Shown here: positions 24,526 through 36,591 of the stretch, piece after piece | Layout of the letters: the number at the start of each line of letters is the position of its first letter | Position numbering within the stretch: the stretch's first letter is position 1 | Origin: Octopus bimaculoides | Lineage: Eukaryota | Length of the DNA: 64,000 bases | Direction: 5' to 3' | NCBI RefSeq assembly: GCF_001194135.2 | Contig: NC_068983.1 | Span: forward strand, 147,796,415-147,860,414 | Notes under the pieces: model-generated | What the model saw: only the letters and a program-made list of their open reading frames with translations | Databases searched by the model: none | What the model was told of the DNA's origin: nothing | Position numbers and translations under genes: made by a program

Positions 24526-25795
24526 TATACTTGGTGTATTCCAGAAGGTCTGAGACTTTCTCAGGAGAATTACAAAACACTAATTTCTTTTAATGTAGGA
24601 TCCTCTGACTTCGGTTGCACTTGTTGTGGTACTCCAGCTACTTCGTGAAAGCCCATGGAAGTCTTCCAAAGTAAAGGAGTCCAGGATCTTTGTTATAGTC
24701 TTTTCAACTTCTCAGTGTCTTCAAAATGATTGCCATTGAAGATCTCCTTCAACTAAGGAACAACGAACTGTCGCAGGGAGTACGACGTCTGGACTGTAGC
24801 GAGTGTGAGGAGCAGTTTTGGTGCCCATCTCTGTCAAGTAGTTGGTCACCTGAATGGAGTTTTGGATTGGTGCATTGTCTTAGTGCATGTGCCAACGACT
24901 CGAGTGCGACGAAATCTCTTCCTGAACTCCTTCAAAACCTCCACAAAGTACTCTTTGTTGACCATCTGGCCAGAGGGAACCCAGTGAATGTAGACCATGC
25001 CCTTGCTATCGAAAGAAGCGGAATATTATGAGCTTCCTGATGGACTTACTTTGCTTGGCCTTCTTGGGTCTGGAAGAGCCAGGATACTTCCATTGAGCAC
25101 TATGTATCTTGACATCTGGATCATAACAGTAGATCCATCTTTCTTCACAGGTCACAAGAGACTCGAGTACACTTGGATTGAATGTAATGAGCTCATTTAT
25201 CTCCCAGCTGCCACCAACATGTCTTTCCTTTTATTCGTAGCTAAGTGCCCCAGGAATAATTTTTACATCAATTTTGCGCATCTTCAGATCTTCATGAATA
25301 ATTCTGTGTACAGTTACCGCACCAACTGCAAAATGGATGCCTATTTCCGTTATAGACACATGCCGGTCTTCAACCAGAAAATAGCGAATTTTCTAAACCA
25401 ACTCTTATGTTCTGGCGTCCTTTTCCCCCACCACCTCTTATCGTCTCTCACCTCCTTTCTATTGTCCTTGAACTGCTTGTGCCAGCGAAAAGCAGATGCT
25501 TAGTTCATACAAGTTAATCTATAAACAGTTCGGAACATTTCACAAGTTTCTGTAGCGTTTTTGCCCTCTTTATTGTCTTCACGTCCCGACAACATTCTGT
25601 TAACTAGACATCCGTAACAAGCAGTCTTTAATATGTATGTTCAAAGTGTTTTCACAGCCGTCTTCAATCTGGAATAAACTTTAGCACGTCAGCTTATTAG
25701 ATGTATAATAATGATATATTAAAATTGCAATAATGTAGGACAGTCATAACTGCCTCTCCTAAAGAAGTCTCAAAACTTCTGGAATATATCTACCA
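24526..25795 (-). mobile_element. Near full-length (about 1.27 kb) decayed mariner transposon with imperfect TIRs
   Basis: N-terminal GKNATETCEMFRTVY...ASAFRWHKQFK; catalytic region FDSKGMVYIHWVPSGQMVNKEY...H*DNAP...YSPD..PCD. TIR-like TATTCCAGAAGGTCTGAGACT at about 24537-24557 matches the reverse complement of about 25766-25787. Confidence 0.88.
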
Positions 25796-25846
25796 CGCGC
25801 GCGTGCGTGTTTGTGTGTTTTCAAACATTTACATATGTACATGTAT

Positions 25847-26080
25847 TATTTCTTTACTACCCACAAGGGGCTACACATAGAGGGGACAAACAAAGACAGA
25901 CAAACGGATTAAGTCGATTATATCGACCCAGTGCGTAACTGGTACTTATTTAATCGACCCCGAAAGGAGGATGAAAGGCAAAGTCGACCACGGCGGAATT
26001 TGAACTCAGAACGTAGCGGCAGACGAAATACCACAGCATTTCGCCCGGCGTGCTAACGTTTCTGCCAACTCGCCGCCTTA
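25847..26080 (-). mobile_element. Family C SINE with LINE-like 3' tail
   Basis: Minus strand reads AAGGCGGCGAGTTGGCAGAAACGTTAGCACGCCGGGCG...GAGTTCAAATTCCGCC...tail CCCCTTGTGGGTAGTAAAGAAATA. Confidence 0.88.
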
Positions 26081-26699
26081 TATATTTAAATACATACATG
26101 TATATACATTATACACATGAACACGCATGCACGCAAACACACACATGCATATGCACATACATACAATGAGTGTAGCAGAACAGTTTCACAATTGTTACTA
26201 CGTATTTCATTGTTGCGATTTTCGAATGATTATTAATCCGAAGATCGGAAACATATTATTCAAAGTAACTGCTTATGAAACTTGTATTTGTTTTGCAAGA
26301 TTCTAGATATCGAGACACATGTTGAAATAGATGTAGCTGGATCTTAGGAGGGCTATTTTGATAATAAAAACACACGCACTGATTCTATTTCATTTCGTTT
26401 ATTTTTTTTTTTATGGTTCAACTATTTAACATATTAAATTATCTATTGTTTGTTGTCTTAGTAATACAATCGTTCAATGAATGAATCAGTCAATAACATA
26501 CTTTTGATGCTCAAGAACTGAAGTTTTGAATTATTTTGTTTCCTTCTTTCATACTCCAAGTTCAAGTCACGATGCTGCATTATTTGTCTTTTATATATAC
26601 TATTTATTTACCCGTGTTGACATAATCTCCTGTACTTTTCAAGGCAATATTTCAGCACAGCCAGGGGGCCAATGTAGAAAGAATTACACAAATATATAG

Positions 26700-27050
26700 G
26701 GGCAGGCGTGACCCTGTGGTAAGAGGCTTGCTTCCCAACCACATGATACCAGTACCTCTGCAAGACAAGTTGGGCAACAATCTTCTTCTACAGCCTTTAG
26801 CCGGCTAAAGCCTTGTGAAAGGACTTAGCAGACGGAAGCCGAAAGAAACCTGTCGTATATATATTTAGGATCTGTCAAGTCTATCTTTGTATTTGTGTTT
26901 GTCTTCTACCACCACTACTTGACAACTGTTGCTGGTTTGTTTACGTCCTTCTAACTTAGCAGTTCGGCAAAAAAAAAACTGATAGAATAAGTACTAGCCT
27001 TAAAAATATAGGTACTGGAGTCGATTCGTTCGACTAAAACCGTTTGTTCC
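26700..27050 (+). mobile_element. Family B SINE, diverged
   Basis: Colinear with the reverse complement of 10322-10718. Confidence 0.75.
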
Positions 27051-27099
27051 CGGTTATGCTTCAGTAAAGGATAAACAATAAAAGATGTTTTGGCTTTAC

Positions 27100-27260
27100 T
27101 CATTATCGTTAGCACACCGGACGAAATGCTAAGAGGTATTTCGTCCGTCTTTACGTTTTGAGTTCAAAATCCACCGTGGTCGACTTTGCCTTTCATCCTT
27201 TTGGCGTCGATGAAATAAGTACCAGTTGAACATTATTATTATCATCATCATCATCATCAT

Positions 27261-27292
<32 letters not shown>

Positions 27293-27313
27293 TCATCATC
27301 ATTGTTATTGTTA

Positions 27314-27386
<73 letters not shown>

Positions 27387-27612
27387 GGCGGAGAGCTGGC
27401 AGAATCGTTAGCACGCCGGGCGAAATGCTTAGCAGTATTTCGTCTGTCGTTACGTACTGAGTTCAAATCCGCCGAGGTCAACTTTGCCTTTCATCCTTTT
27501 GGCGTCGATGAAATAAGTACCAGTTGAACATTGGGGTCGATGTAATCGACTAGCCCCTTTCCCCAAGATTTCAGGCCTTGTGCTTATAGTAGAACGGATT
27601 ATTATTATTATT
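27100..27612 (+). mobile_element. Two family C SINE copies separated by an (ATC)n/(ATT)n tract
   Basis: Partial copy at 27100-27235, microsatellite at 27233-27385, full copy at 27386-27612. Confidence 0.85.
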
Positions 27613-28234
27613 ATTTCACCCTTGGATGTAAGTTAAAATTTTATGAAAATTATACATGTAATTCCGATTCATGCGTTGCTATGCTAACATTGAGATCCTA
27701 ATTACGTAAGACGATGTCTGGCTTTATTGTTTAATGTTGTATTGAAAACAAAATTAATAAGCATTTTAACAACCATGCACATTTTATCGGATTGACAGAA
27801 TGAATTACAAATTTTATTTTGAGTTGCCAGAAAATAAGCTTTATTTTTCTGCTATAATCTATCTAATTTTAATTACAAAACTCATTTATTTCAGTAATAA
27901 TCACATCATGAGACAATACTACTCTAGAAAGCAGTGACAGCAAGAACAACAACAATAACGAGAATAAAAACAATGACAGAATTAATTAAACTTTAATTAT
28001 AATTACTGAGGGAAAACACAAAATCTAGTTATTAACAAATCAGCAGAACAGATTTGGAAACAACGCTTATTGTTGCCGTTATAATTTTGAATATATTATA
28101 TTGTTGAATACATAATGAAACAAATATTAGAAAACCCAATGCATGTTAGAAGACATTATATTGAGCAGACATTTCAAATGGATTCAAGTCTTATGATCAC
28201 TAGTAATGAGGAACGGACTTAATGACATTAAAAT

Positions 28235-28274
<40 letters not shown>

Positions 28275-28659
28275 NNNNNNNNNNCACACATATATTTATT
28301 CATTCGACATCCAAAATCCAAAGATACTGCAGGTGCAAAAACACACCCACGCGTACATACATAAACTGTGTGTGTATGTATGTGTGTGTATGGTGTGTGT
28401 GTATGTGTGTCTCTGTGCTACTAAAACATGTGAGTCAAGTAAAAGAAAATGTCCTCATTACACAATGCAGCATAAAATGTCATCGCTTTATATCTTAAAA
28501 CATCCAACATAACGAGTTTCATTGCGTGGAATATTTAAGGTAAAAACCTATTTGCAGCAAGTCAATAAGAAACTCAAAGTAGTCAGAAAGTTCCGTTGAC
28601 TTGCTTGATTTGAATTAATATATATAAATTTTACTACCTTCGTTTGTACAAGCTGTATA

Positions 28660-28862
28660 TATATATATATGGGAGAATGTACGAAAAAACAACAACAGAC
28701 GAGGACAGGTGGTGTAAATAACAAAAGGATGTATTAGTATGACGCTCGGGAATACGGAAAGTTTTTGACGTTTCGAGCTACGCTCTTCAACAGAAAGAAT
28801 ACGGAGACAAGGAGAAAAATACGGAGAAAAAAAATTGAATAGTGTTCAGTCAACGGTCAATC
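28660..28862 (-). mobile_element. About 200-bp dispersed repeat with hammerhead-like motif (probable Penelope pLTR relic)
   Basis: Near-identical inverted copy at 52305-52510. Minus strand 28797-28762 reads TTT-CTGTTGA-A-GAGC-GTA-GCTC-GAAA-CGTC-AAA. Confidence 0.75.
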
Positions 28863-29689
28863 ATAATGGGGTTGGGGGTTCAACCCACTAAGGGATAGTA
28901 TCTATCCAGTATACTACTGGGAGGGTACCCAATTATTGCTACACTAGTGCTATACTAAGTGCAATCAATGGGAGCGGGTAAAAGTGTTCATCCTCTAATT
29001 CCTTANNNNNNNNNNNNNNNNNNNNNNNNNNNNNNNNNNNNNNNNNNNNNNNNNNNNNNNNNNNNNNNNNNNNNNNNNNNNNNNNNNNNNNNNNNNNNNN
29101 NNNNNNNNNNNNNNNNNNNNNNNNNNNNNNNNNNNNNNNNNNNNNNNNNNNNNNNNNNNNNNNNNNNNNNNNNNNNNNNNNNNNNNNNNNNNNNNNNNNN
29201 NNNNNNNNNNNNNNNNNNNNNNNNNNNNNNNNNNNNNNNNNNNNNNNNNNNNNNNNNNNNNNNNNNNNNNNNNNNNNNNNNNNNNNNNNNNNNNNNNNNN
29301 NNNNNNNNNNNNNNNNNNNNNNNNNNNNNNNNNNNNNNNNNNNNNNNNNNNNNNNNNNNNNNNNNNNNNNNNNNNNNNNNNNNNNNNNNNNNNNNNNNNN
29401 NNNNNNNNNNNNNNNNNNNNNNNNNNNNNNNNNNNNNNNNNNNNNNNNNNNNNNNNNNNNNNNNNNNNNNNNNNNNNNNNNNNNNNNNNNNNNNNNNNNN
29501 NNNNNNNNNNNNNNNNNNNNNNNNNNNNNNNNNNNNNNNNNNNNNNNNNNNNNNNNNNNNNNNNNNNNNNNNNNNNNNNNNNNNNNNNNNNNNNNNNNNN
29601 NNNNNNNNNNNNNNNNNNNNNNNNNNNNNNNNNNNNNNNNNNNNNNNNNNNNNNNNNNNNNNNNNNNNNNNTATATATATATATATATA

Positions 29690-29885
29690 TATCTTTGAGT
29701 GTGTCTTTGTGTTTGTGTGTGTCCCACCACCGCTTGACAACCGGCGCTGGTGTGCTTACGCCTTGGTAACTTAGCAATTCAGCAAAAGAGACCGTTAGAA
29801 TAAACACCAGGTGTAACAAAACATAGGTACTGGGGTCGAGTCATTCGACTAAAAATTGTTCAAGGCGGTACCCCAGTATGGCCGC
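29690..29885 (+). mobile_element. Family B SINE, 3' half
   Basis: CGCTTGACAACCG...AAAAGAGACCG.TAGAATAA...GTCGAGTCATTCGACTAAA...TATGGCCGCA matches the reverse complement of 10340-10520. Confidence 0.8.
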
Positions 29886-31592
29886 ATATATATCATCCCT
29901 TAGGTTCGTTTACGGGAAACGTTTTTAAGTACGCATATAAAAGCTCCTTTTGTATTATATCGACTACGACCTAATAGTACTAACTTGCAGTTAGAGTTTA
30001 ATGGGATTGTACTGAGGTGTGCCGATATTATGTCGGATAAATGTAGTAATAAAAATAAAGCATGAACTATGATCATAAGAAACACGCGACTTGTGGAAAC
30101 GCGCGTAGGGATGAATTAAAATATTCATGGATTCGGTCTATGGATTGTCATTATTATTACTATATGTATATACTATACATATTATATATATAAATGTATA
30201 TTTATACACACAGATATATATAGTATGTACCTCTATGTATACGCACACACAAACACACACGCATACACACAAACACACACATATATATGCATATATGTAC
30301 ATATATATTTATGCATGTATATATATATACATATACACACACAATATGTATATATATATATATATATNNNNNNNNNNNNNNNNNNNNNNNNNNNNNNNNN
30401 NNNNNNNNNNNNNNNNNNNNNNNNNNNNNNNNNNNNNNNNNNNNNNNNNNNNNNNNNNNNNNNNNNNNNNNNNNNNNNNNNNNNNNNNNNNNNNNNNNNN
30501 NNNNNNNNNNNNNNNNNNNNNNNNNNNNNNNNNNNNNNNNNNNNNNNNNNNNNNNNNNNNNNNNNNNNNNNNNNNNNNNNNNNNNNNNNNNNNNNNNNNN
30601 NNNNNNNNNNNNNNNNNNNNNNNNNNNNNNNNNNNNNNNNNNNNNNNNNNNNNNNNNNNNNNNNNNNNNNNNNNNNNNNNNNNNNNNNNNNNNNNNNNNN
30701 NNNNNNNNNNNNNNNNNNNNNNNNNNNNNNNNNNNNNNNNNNNNNNNNNNNNNNNNNNNNNNNNNNNNNNNNNNNNNNNNNNNNNNNNNNNNNNNNNNNN
30801 NNNNNNNNNNNNNNNNNNNNNNNNNNNNNNNNNNNNNNNNNNNNNNNNNNNNNNNNNNNNNNNNNNNNNNATATATATATATATATACGTATGTATTTCA
30901 ATGAAAAAGAAGTCTCGCCCCTCATGCGAAGTAAATAATTTTAAGAATATAGACACTCAACAATGTTATGTTCAACATCTATAAATACACATGACATATT
31001 TTTGATAGTGAAAATAAAAGAAGGAATATTCACTTCTGACTGGCCTGCGTTAATAGCGTAAATAAAATGAATTGCTGTCTGTTAGGAATGAAAGCTACCT
31101 CGCTGATTTGGTTCGTTGATAGCAGATCTTTTATTCAACGGTATTATGAGTTTGAAAAAAAAAAAAAATGTTGGTCAATCTCATGAAATTAGAGACGTAA
31201 ATATACTTTCTCCTACTTTCTCACATACATACACTTACGCATGCGCAAGCACGCAATACATGCACACAGACACACATATACAAACACACGGAGACACATA
31301 TAATCTTCAACTCGATTATGCTTTCTCTACATTTAAATACGGTAATAAATTTAGGCATGAAATGAAACAATGAGGCGTACAATTTATATATACATATTTG
31401 CATACAGAAGTGTATGATTTTAAAGTACAATTTAGTATGTCCATATCAATGTGATTATGTATATATACATGCACACATCCACACATACATGAATATATAT
31501 ATCTACCTACGTATCTATCAATGTATTCATGCATCTATCATATATTCACTGAGGTTTAACTAGTATCCATCATCAAACAGCTAACAGAGTGT

Positions 31593-31843
31593 TCATTTGC
31601 TCTCACTGGTTGACGTTTCAGGGGTTTCGGCGTTCTCTATCAATACTGCATTTGTAGGCGTCTGCGATCTTCGCACAATCTTGATATTAAATCTCTCGGG
31701 AACATTTGTAACTCCAAATTTACCTTTCAATGATGGTGGCTTTACTCCTGGGGTACATTCAAGCGTAAACTGTTGCAAGATGCCTGCCAAAAATATAAAC
31801 AGTTCAGCTTTGGCTAACGGCTCCCCGAAACAACTTCGTTTGC
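31593..31843 (-). CDS. Cytochrome P450 terminal exon, 251 nt including stop (heme-binding Cys)
   Basis: Acceptor tttcAG at 31845-31844. The phase-1 join G+GC gives Gly, completing PFFIG-KRSCFGEPLAKAELFIFLAGILQQFTL...ERFNIKIVRR (FxxGxRxCxG). Stop at 31595-31593. Confidence 0.95.
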
Positions 31844-31940
31844 CTGAAACAGATAAGAATTAAACTTAATATCGATGAAATCACTCATAGGGAACACATA
31901 TTTGGTTATATATAAAGAAAACGCATTATACGCACATGCA

Positions 31941-31972
<32 letters not shown>

Positions 31973-32594
31973 NNNNNNNNNNNNNNNNNNNNNNNNNNNN
32001 NNNNNNNNNNNNNNNNNNNNNNNNNNNNNNNNNNNNNNNNNNNNNNNNNNNNNNNNNNNNNNNNNNNNNNNNNNNNNNNNNNNNNNNNNNNNNNNNNNNN
32101 NNNNNNNNNNNNNNNNNNNNNNNNNNNNNNNNNNNNNNNNNNNNNNNNNNNNNNNNNNNNNNNNNNNNNNNNNNNNNNNNNNNNNNNNNNNNNNNNNNNN
32201 NNNNNNNNNNNNNNNNNNNNNNNNNNNNNNNNNNNNNNNNNNNNNNNNNNNNNNNNNNNNNNNNNNNNNNNNNNNNNNNNNNNNNNNNNNNNNNNNNNNN
32301 NNNNNNNNNNNNNNNNNNNNNNNNNNNNNNNNNNNNNNNNNNNNNNNNNNNNNNNNNNNNNNNNNNNNNNNNNNNNNNNNNNNNNNNNNNNNNNNNNNNN
32401 NNNNNNNNNNNNNNNNNNNNNNNNNNNNNNNNNNNNNNNNNNNNNNNNNNNNNNNNNNNNNNNNNNNNNNNNNNNNNNNNNNNNNNNNNNNNNNNNNNNN
32501 NNNNNNNNNNNNNNNNNNNNNNNNNNNNNNNNNNNNNNNNNNNNNNNNNNNNNNNNNNNNNNNNNNNNNNNNNNNNNNNNNNNNNNNNNNNNNN

Positions 32595-32661
<67 letters not shown>

Positions 32662-32683
32662 GAGACACACACACACACACAGA

Positions 32684-32860
32684 AAATTTGACTCGGTGAA
32701 ACAGATGAGCTACTAGGAGAAGCTACAAGAACTGAACCTGTACTCCTTGGAGAGAAAGTGAGAAAGGTATGCAGTGATACACATATGGAATATCTTGGAA
32801 GGTCTAACTCCCAACTCTGGAATTAAAAGCTATACCAACCACCGAACTGGACGGCAACAA
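32684..32860 (+). mobile_element. CR1/L2-like ORF2 C-terminal fragment
   Basis: SY*EKLQELNLYSLERK*ERYAVIHIWNILEGL, resembling the LxLYSLERRRERYxxI motif of these LINEs. Confidence 0.75.
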
Positions 32861-33359
32861 CAATACCTGCAACAGAAGCCGCGAAAACAGAAACAGCAGT
32901 AGCACTAGCAGCAACATCAAACTCGTTAGCAATAGCAACTAGGGTGACGAAATTTAATGGCTATAATAAAATAATTGCCACCTAGGAAATATACGAATCC
33001 AACAGCACTTTCTCCCCTTGACCTTATTATTTCATCCCCACTACATGTACAAACACAGATATATACTTAAAAGAGAACATGCCCTTATCCCTGTCCAAGT
33101 CGAAGTCTTCCGATCATACCCCTAGTGATGATGAAGGGAGGAAGGGGGAAGCAAAGCAAAGAAAAAATAGCTGAATGATTAAAAAACTAAATAGTAAAAC
33201 ACGGCACCAGCTCCACATCGATCCCAAACAGTGCTAAACCACAAGCATACCATCACGACACCAACTCTAATGGCAGCAACAAAAAAAAAAAACACACAAG
33301 CGAAACAATCACGAACATACAAAAAAAAAAAAACAGCAGACAAGACTACGTTGACTCCA

Positions 33360-34046
33360 AGGACATAGGAATTTTTTGGGGAAACAATTGGAGGTTATTT
33401 TTGAGAACTGTTTCCCACTCGGGGTTGTTTCGGAACAAGTCGTCCATATTTGTTTCATTATCTCCGTTTTGTGCGTTTGTGTATCCGTAGATTTCTACCA
33501 CACACACACACACACGCACACACACACGCACACACACACACATACACACATACACACACATACACGCACACAAGCACACACATACACACATATATATGTA
33601 ATTTAAAAAGTTCAAACGTGGAATTATTCCATTCAATATCGTGTTTGTTATAGAGATTATATAACAAGTTATACTTTACACTTCTATATTTAACTCTGCG
33701 TTTATATTCCTTATTTTTGCTTCTGGTGTCTTCTGTCTTTTTATTAGAAACGTCTACCTGAGAATTTACTTAAAGTGAAAAAATCGTATGCAACAGATAA
33801 ATCGTCTTAATAACCTATTTCTGTGTATCAGACCTTTAAATGTTATTTTTAGCATAACAAGTTTTCTGGTGAGGGCTTCATTTGCTTCATTGCCTGTTTG
33901 TTGCTTCAGTAGAAATCTACGAATGCACAAACGCACAAAACGGAGAGAATGAAACAAATATAGACGACTTGTTCCGAAATACTCGCGAGTGGAGAACAGT
34001 TCTCAAAAATAACTCCCAATTGTTTTCAACAAAATTCCTATGTCCT
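33360..34046. repeat. Inverted repeat pair with arms of about 140 bp (33360-33498 and 33909-34046)
   Basis: GGACATAGGAATTTT...GTAGATTTCTAC is the reverse complement, with mismatches, of GTAGAAATCTAC...AAATTCCTATGTCC. Confidence 0.85.
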
Positions 34047-36346
34047 CGGTATCCTCATAGTCCGAGGTGTATTTGTAGAGAATTTCATAAAGAAATATCC
34101 ATTTTGTTGAAAGTTGAGACGAATTGAAGTGGACTCCGGTGAATTTTCAGAAATTCCCCACCCCCTCCCAAAACACATACTCCAACAAAATTTTGTATAT
34201 TCGGAATCTACATGATATAACACATATTCGTAAAAAAAATTATTAAAAAATATCCGTTTTACTGAAAGTTATGATCATCCAAATTGGTGGTCGGGTTAGA
34301 AATCTGTAGTTATGCCGACAAATTTGACACTTTCCTTCTAGGCATGGTTATATATGTATACAGAAATACACGAGTGCAGAAGATATAAAAAATGAAAATA
34401 ACTTGGTAACGGAAATTATGTTTCTTAATACGACGGGCAGAAAGTAAATAAGAAATTTTAACGGAAAATAAAGTATTGTACGGGTTGAAGCGAAATTTGT
34501 CAGTCAGTGGACCAAAGATCCAGTATCGAAGGAACCAGAAAGAAACCATCAACAACAGAAAAATACAAGACCGTAAGGATTGAATTGAAATTTATGGAGA
34601 TACTTCTGTCAGTAAATTATGAAATTACTTACATCAGTAATTGTGAACTTCTTTTTGTCAGTAATTTGTCATTGTTTGTTTGTAAATAGCGATTCAAAAC
34701 TTAAACTTACAGCAAAAAACAATAACATGGAAGTTAAACAATGGCGTATGAAAATTGAAAGTGAAAAGAAGAGCGTTTGAAAAATGAAAGTGAAGATAAG
34801 AGTTATAGATATACATAAAGAGATATGTTAAGTCACTGGCACTAGAAAACTGGAAGTAAATATTTTTTAAAAATTTCAAAGACGTGGATGTAATATAAAA
34901 AACAATATATTTTATCTTTAATAATGTTTAATAAAAATAATTCAATGCACCACCAGTATGAAAGCAATTGATGAAGCCGTTGTCACATGAAAAGTGAATA
35001 CGCACACATCTCTGTTTTATATATTATTAGATTTGGAAGGCCTACTGCGGTTCTCAGCTAGAGATGAGGTTTTCTGCAAAAACTGATAACAGCTGATGAA
35101 ATACTGAAAACGATGGCTGGCTGACTGCACGAGGAAAAATCACTGAGATGGATGATATGCCCTATGGGCTTTATTTTTATATAGTATTTGATTGGAGACC
35201 AGAAAAAAGCCGGAAAGAGGACACAAAAAATATACTGTAGGCACGAAAAATGCGTCACTGTAAAGAAATATCTGGTAGACAGAGGTAGCCAATTTGAGTA
35301 ACGAAAACTTAAGGTATCAAAATTCAAATTCCACAGATTGTTAGCAAAACTAGTAGGGAAAATAGGTTTGGAGTTCTTTATTCAAAATAACGAGGAAAAG
35401 CTCAAAAGCATTTCGACCTTATTCATCTGCTAAAGAGCATCCAGTTGAGGAGAAAGAACAAAAATTACCTAGAGTTCACACGCAAATGGTACTCCTAATC
35501 TAATTTCATTCTGTGGATAGCAGAGGAAATGTACCAGCTCTACAGCCCCGCAGCAATAACACAACCAACAACAACTATGACTATAGCAACCATCACAACA
35601 GCAACTGCAGCAAAGATATTAGCAGCATGATCGAGGCATCGAGGCCACTCGAGAGCCTTCTTTCTGGAGAAAAGAAAAGCAACAACAAATGAAAATAAGT
35701 GGGTGGCAGAGAGCATCTAGGGCAACAATATCAACAACAGAAGGGCTCAGTTCCGGTATGGAAACTTGTCCTCAGTGCTACCATCACCAAAGACCAATGA
35801 TCACTATGAAACTGAGGGATCCCTCCTTCAGGTCCGGTTGGAGGCTGTGAGTAGCCTTGAGTACTGCACCTTGGTCTTGCAATAATGGTGAGGCATGGAG
35901 ATTGAAGAATGCAGGGAAGCTTAAAAAAGAAAGAAGAGGGAAAAATACAAATATGCCTAGCCTAAAACCAAATTCTCCGAACGAACCACCAACGACGACT
36001 TGATGAGGATAAGAAGAGAGGTTTCTATTTCAAGACATAGAACATCTAAATGACTGGCTATTGGCAAACCCACACCAATAGTCTATAAACTGCACAGGTT
36101 CAGCTGCCAAAAAAGGCGAGAGTGAAAAGTACTAAATTGCAGTACCTAGATCAGGTGTTCCGTATCGATAAATGATTCACTCATCTTTAGATGGCAATTA
36201 TTTTCATTTTCATTTGATATCCATGGATTGTCTTTTGTTTCGTGTTTTTAATGTATTTTATTACACTTTTGCAGCCGCTCCGCTTAATTCATTATATATA
36301 TGTACATCCTTATATGTCATGTAATTCTTTCGTATGGCACATTTTG

Positions 36347-36401
<55 letters not shown>

Positions 36402-36534
36402 TATTATTATTATTATTGTTCAGTAGTTTTATTTTTATAACGTGCTTTCACTTCACTACCGAGCGCAGCTCTGTGTGCCTTGGGTATGTGCTGTGGTTTG
36501 CTGTGATGCTCTTGTGGTTACTGTATTGAAATAC

Positions 36535-36591
<57 letters not shown>

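Noticed and set aside
31130-31135. AATAAA on the minus strand about 460 nt past the P450 stop
   Set aside because: Plausible poly(A) signal, but the hexamer is common in AT-rich DNA and needs 3' RACE.
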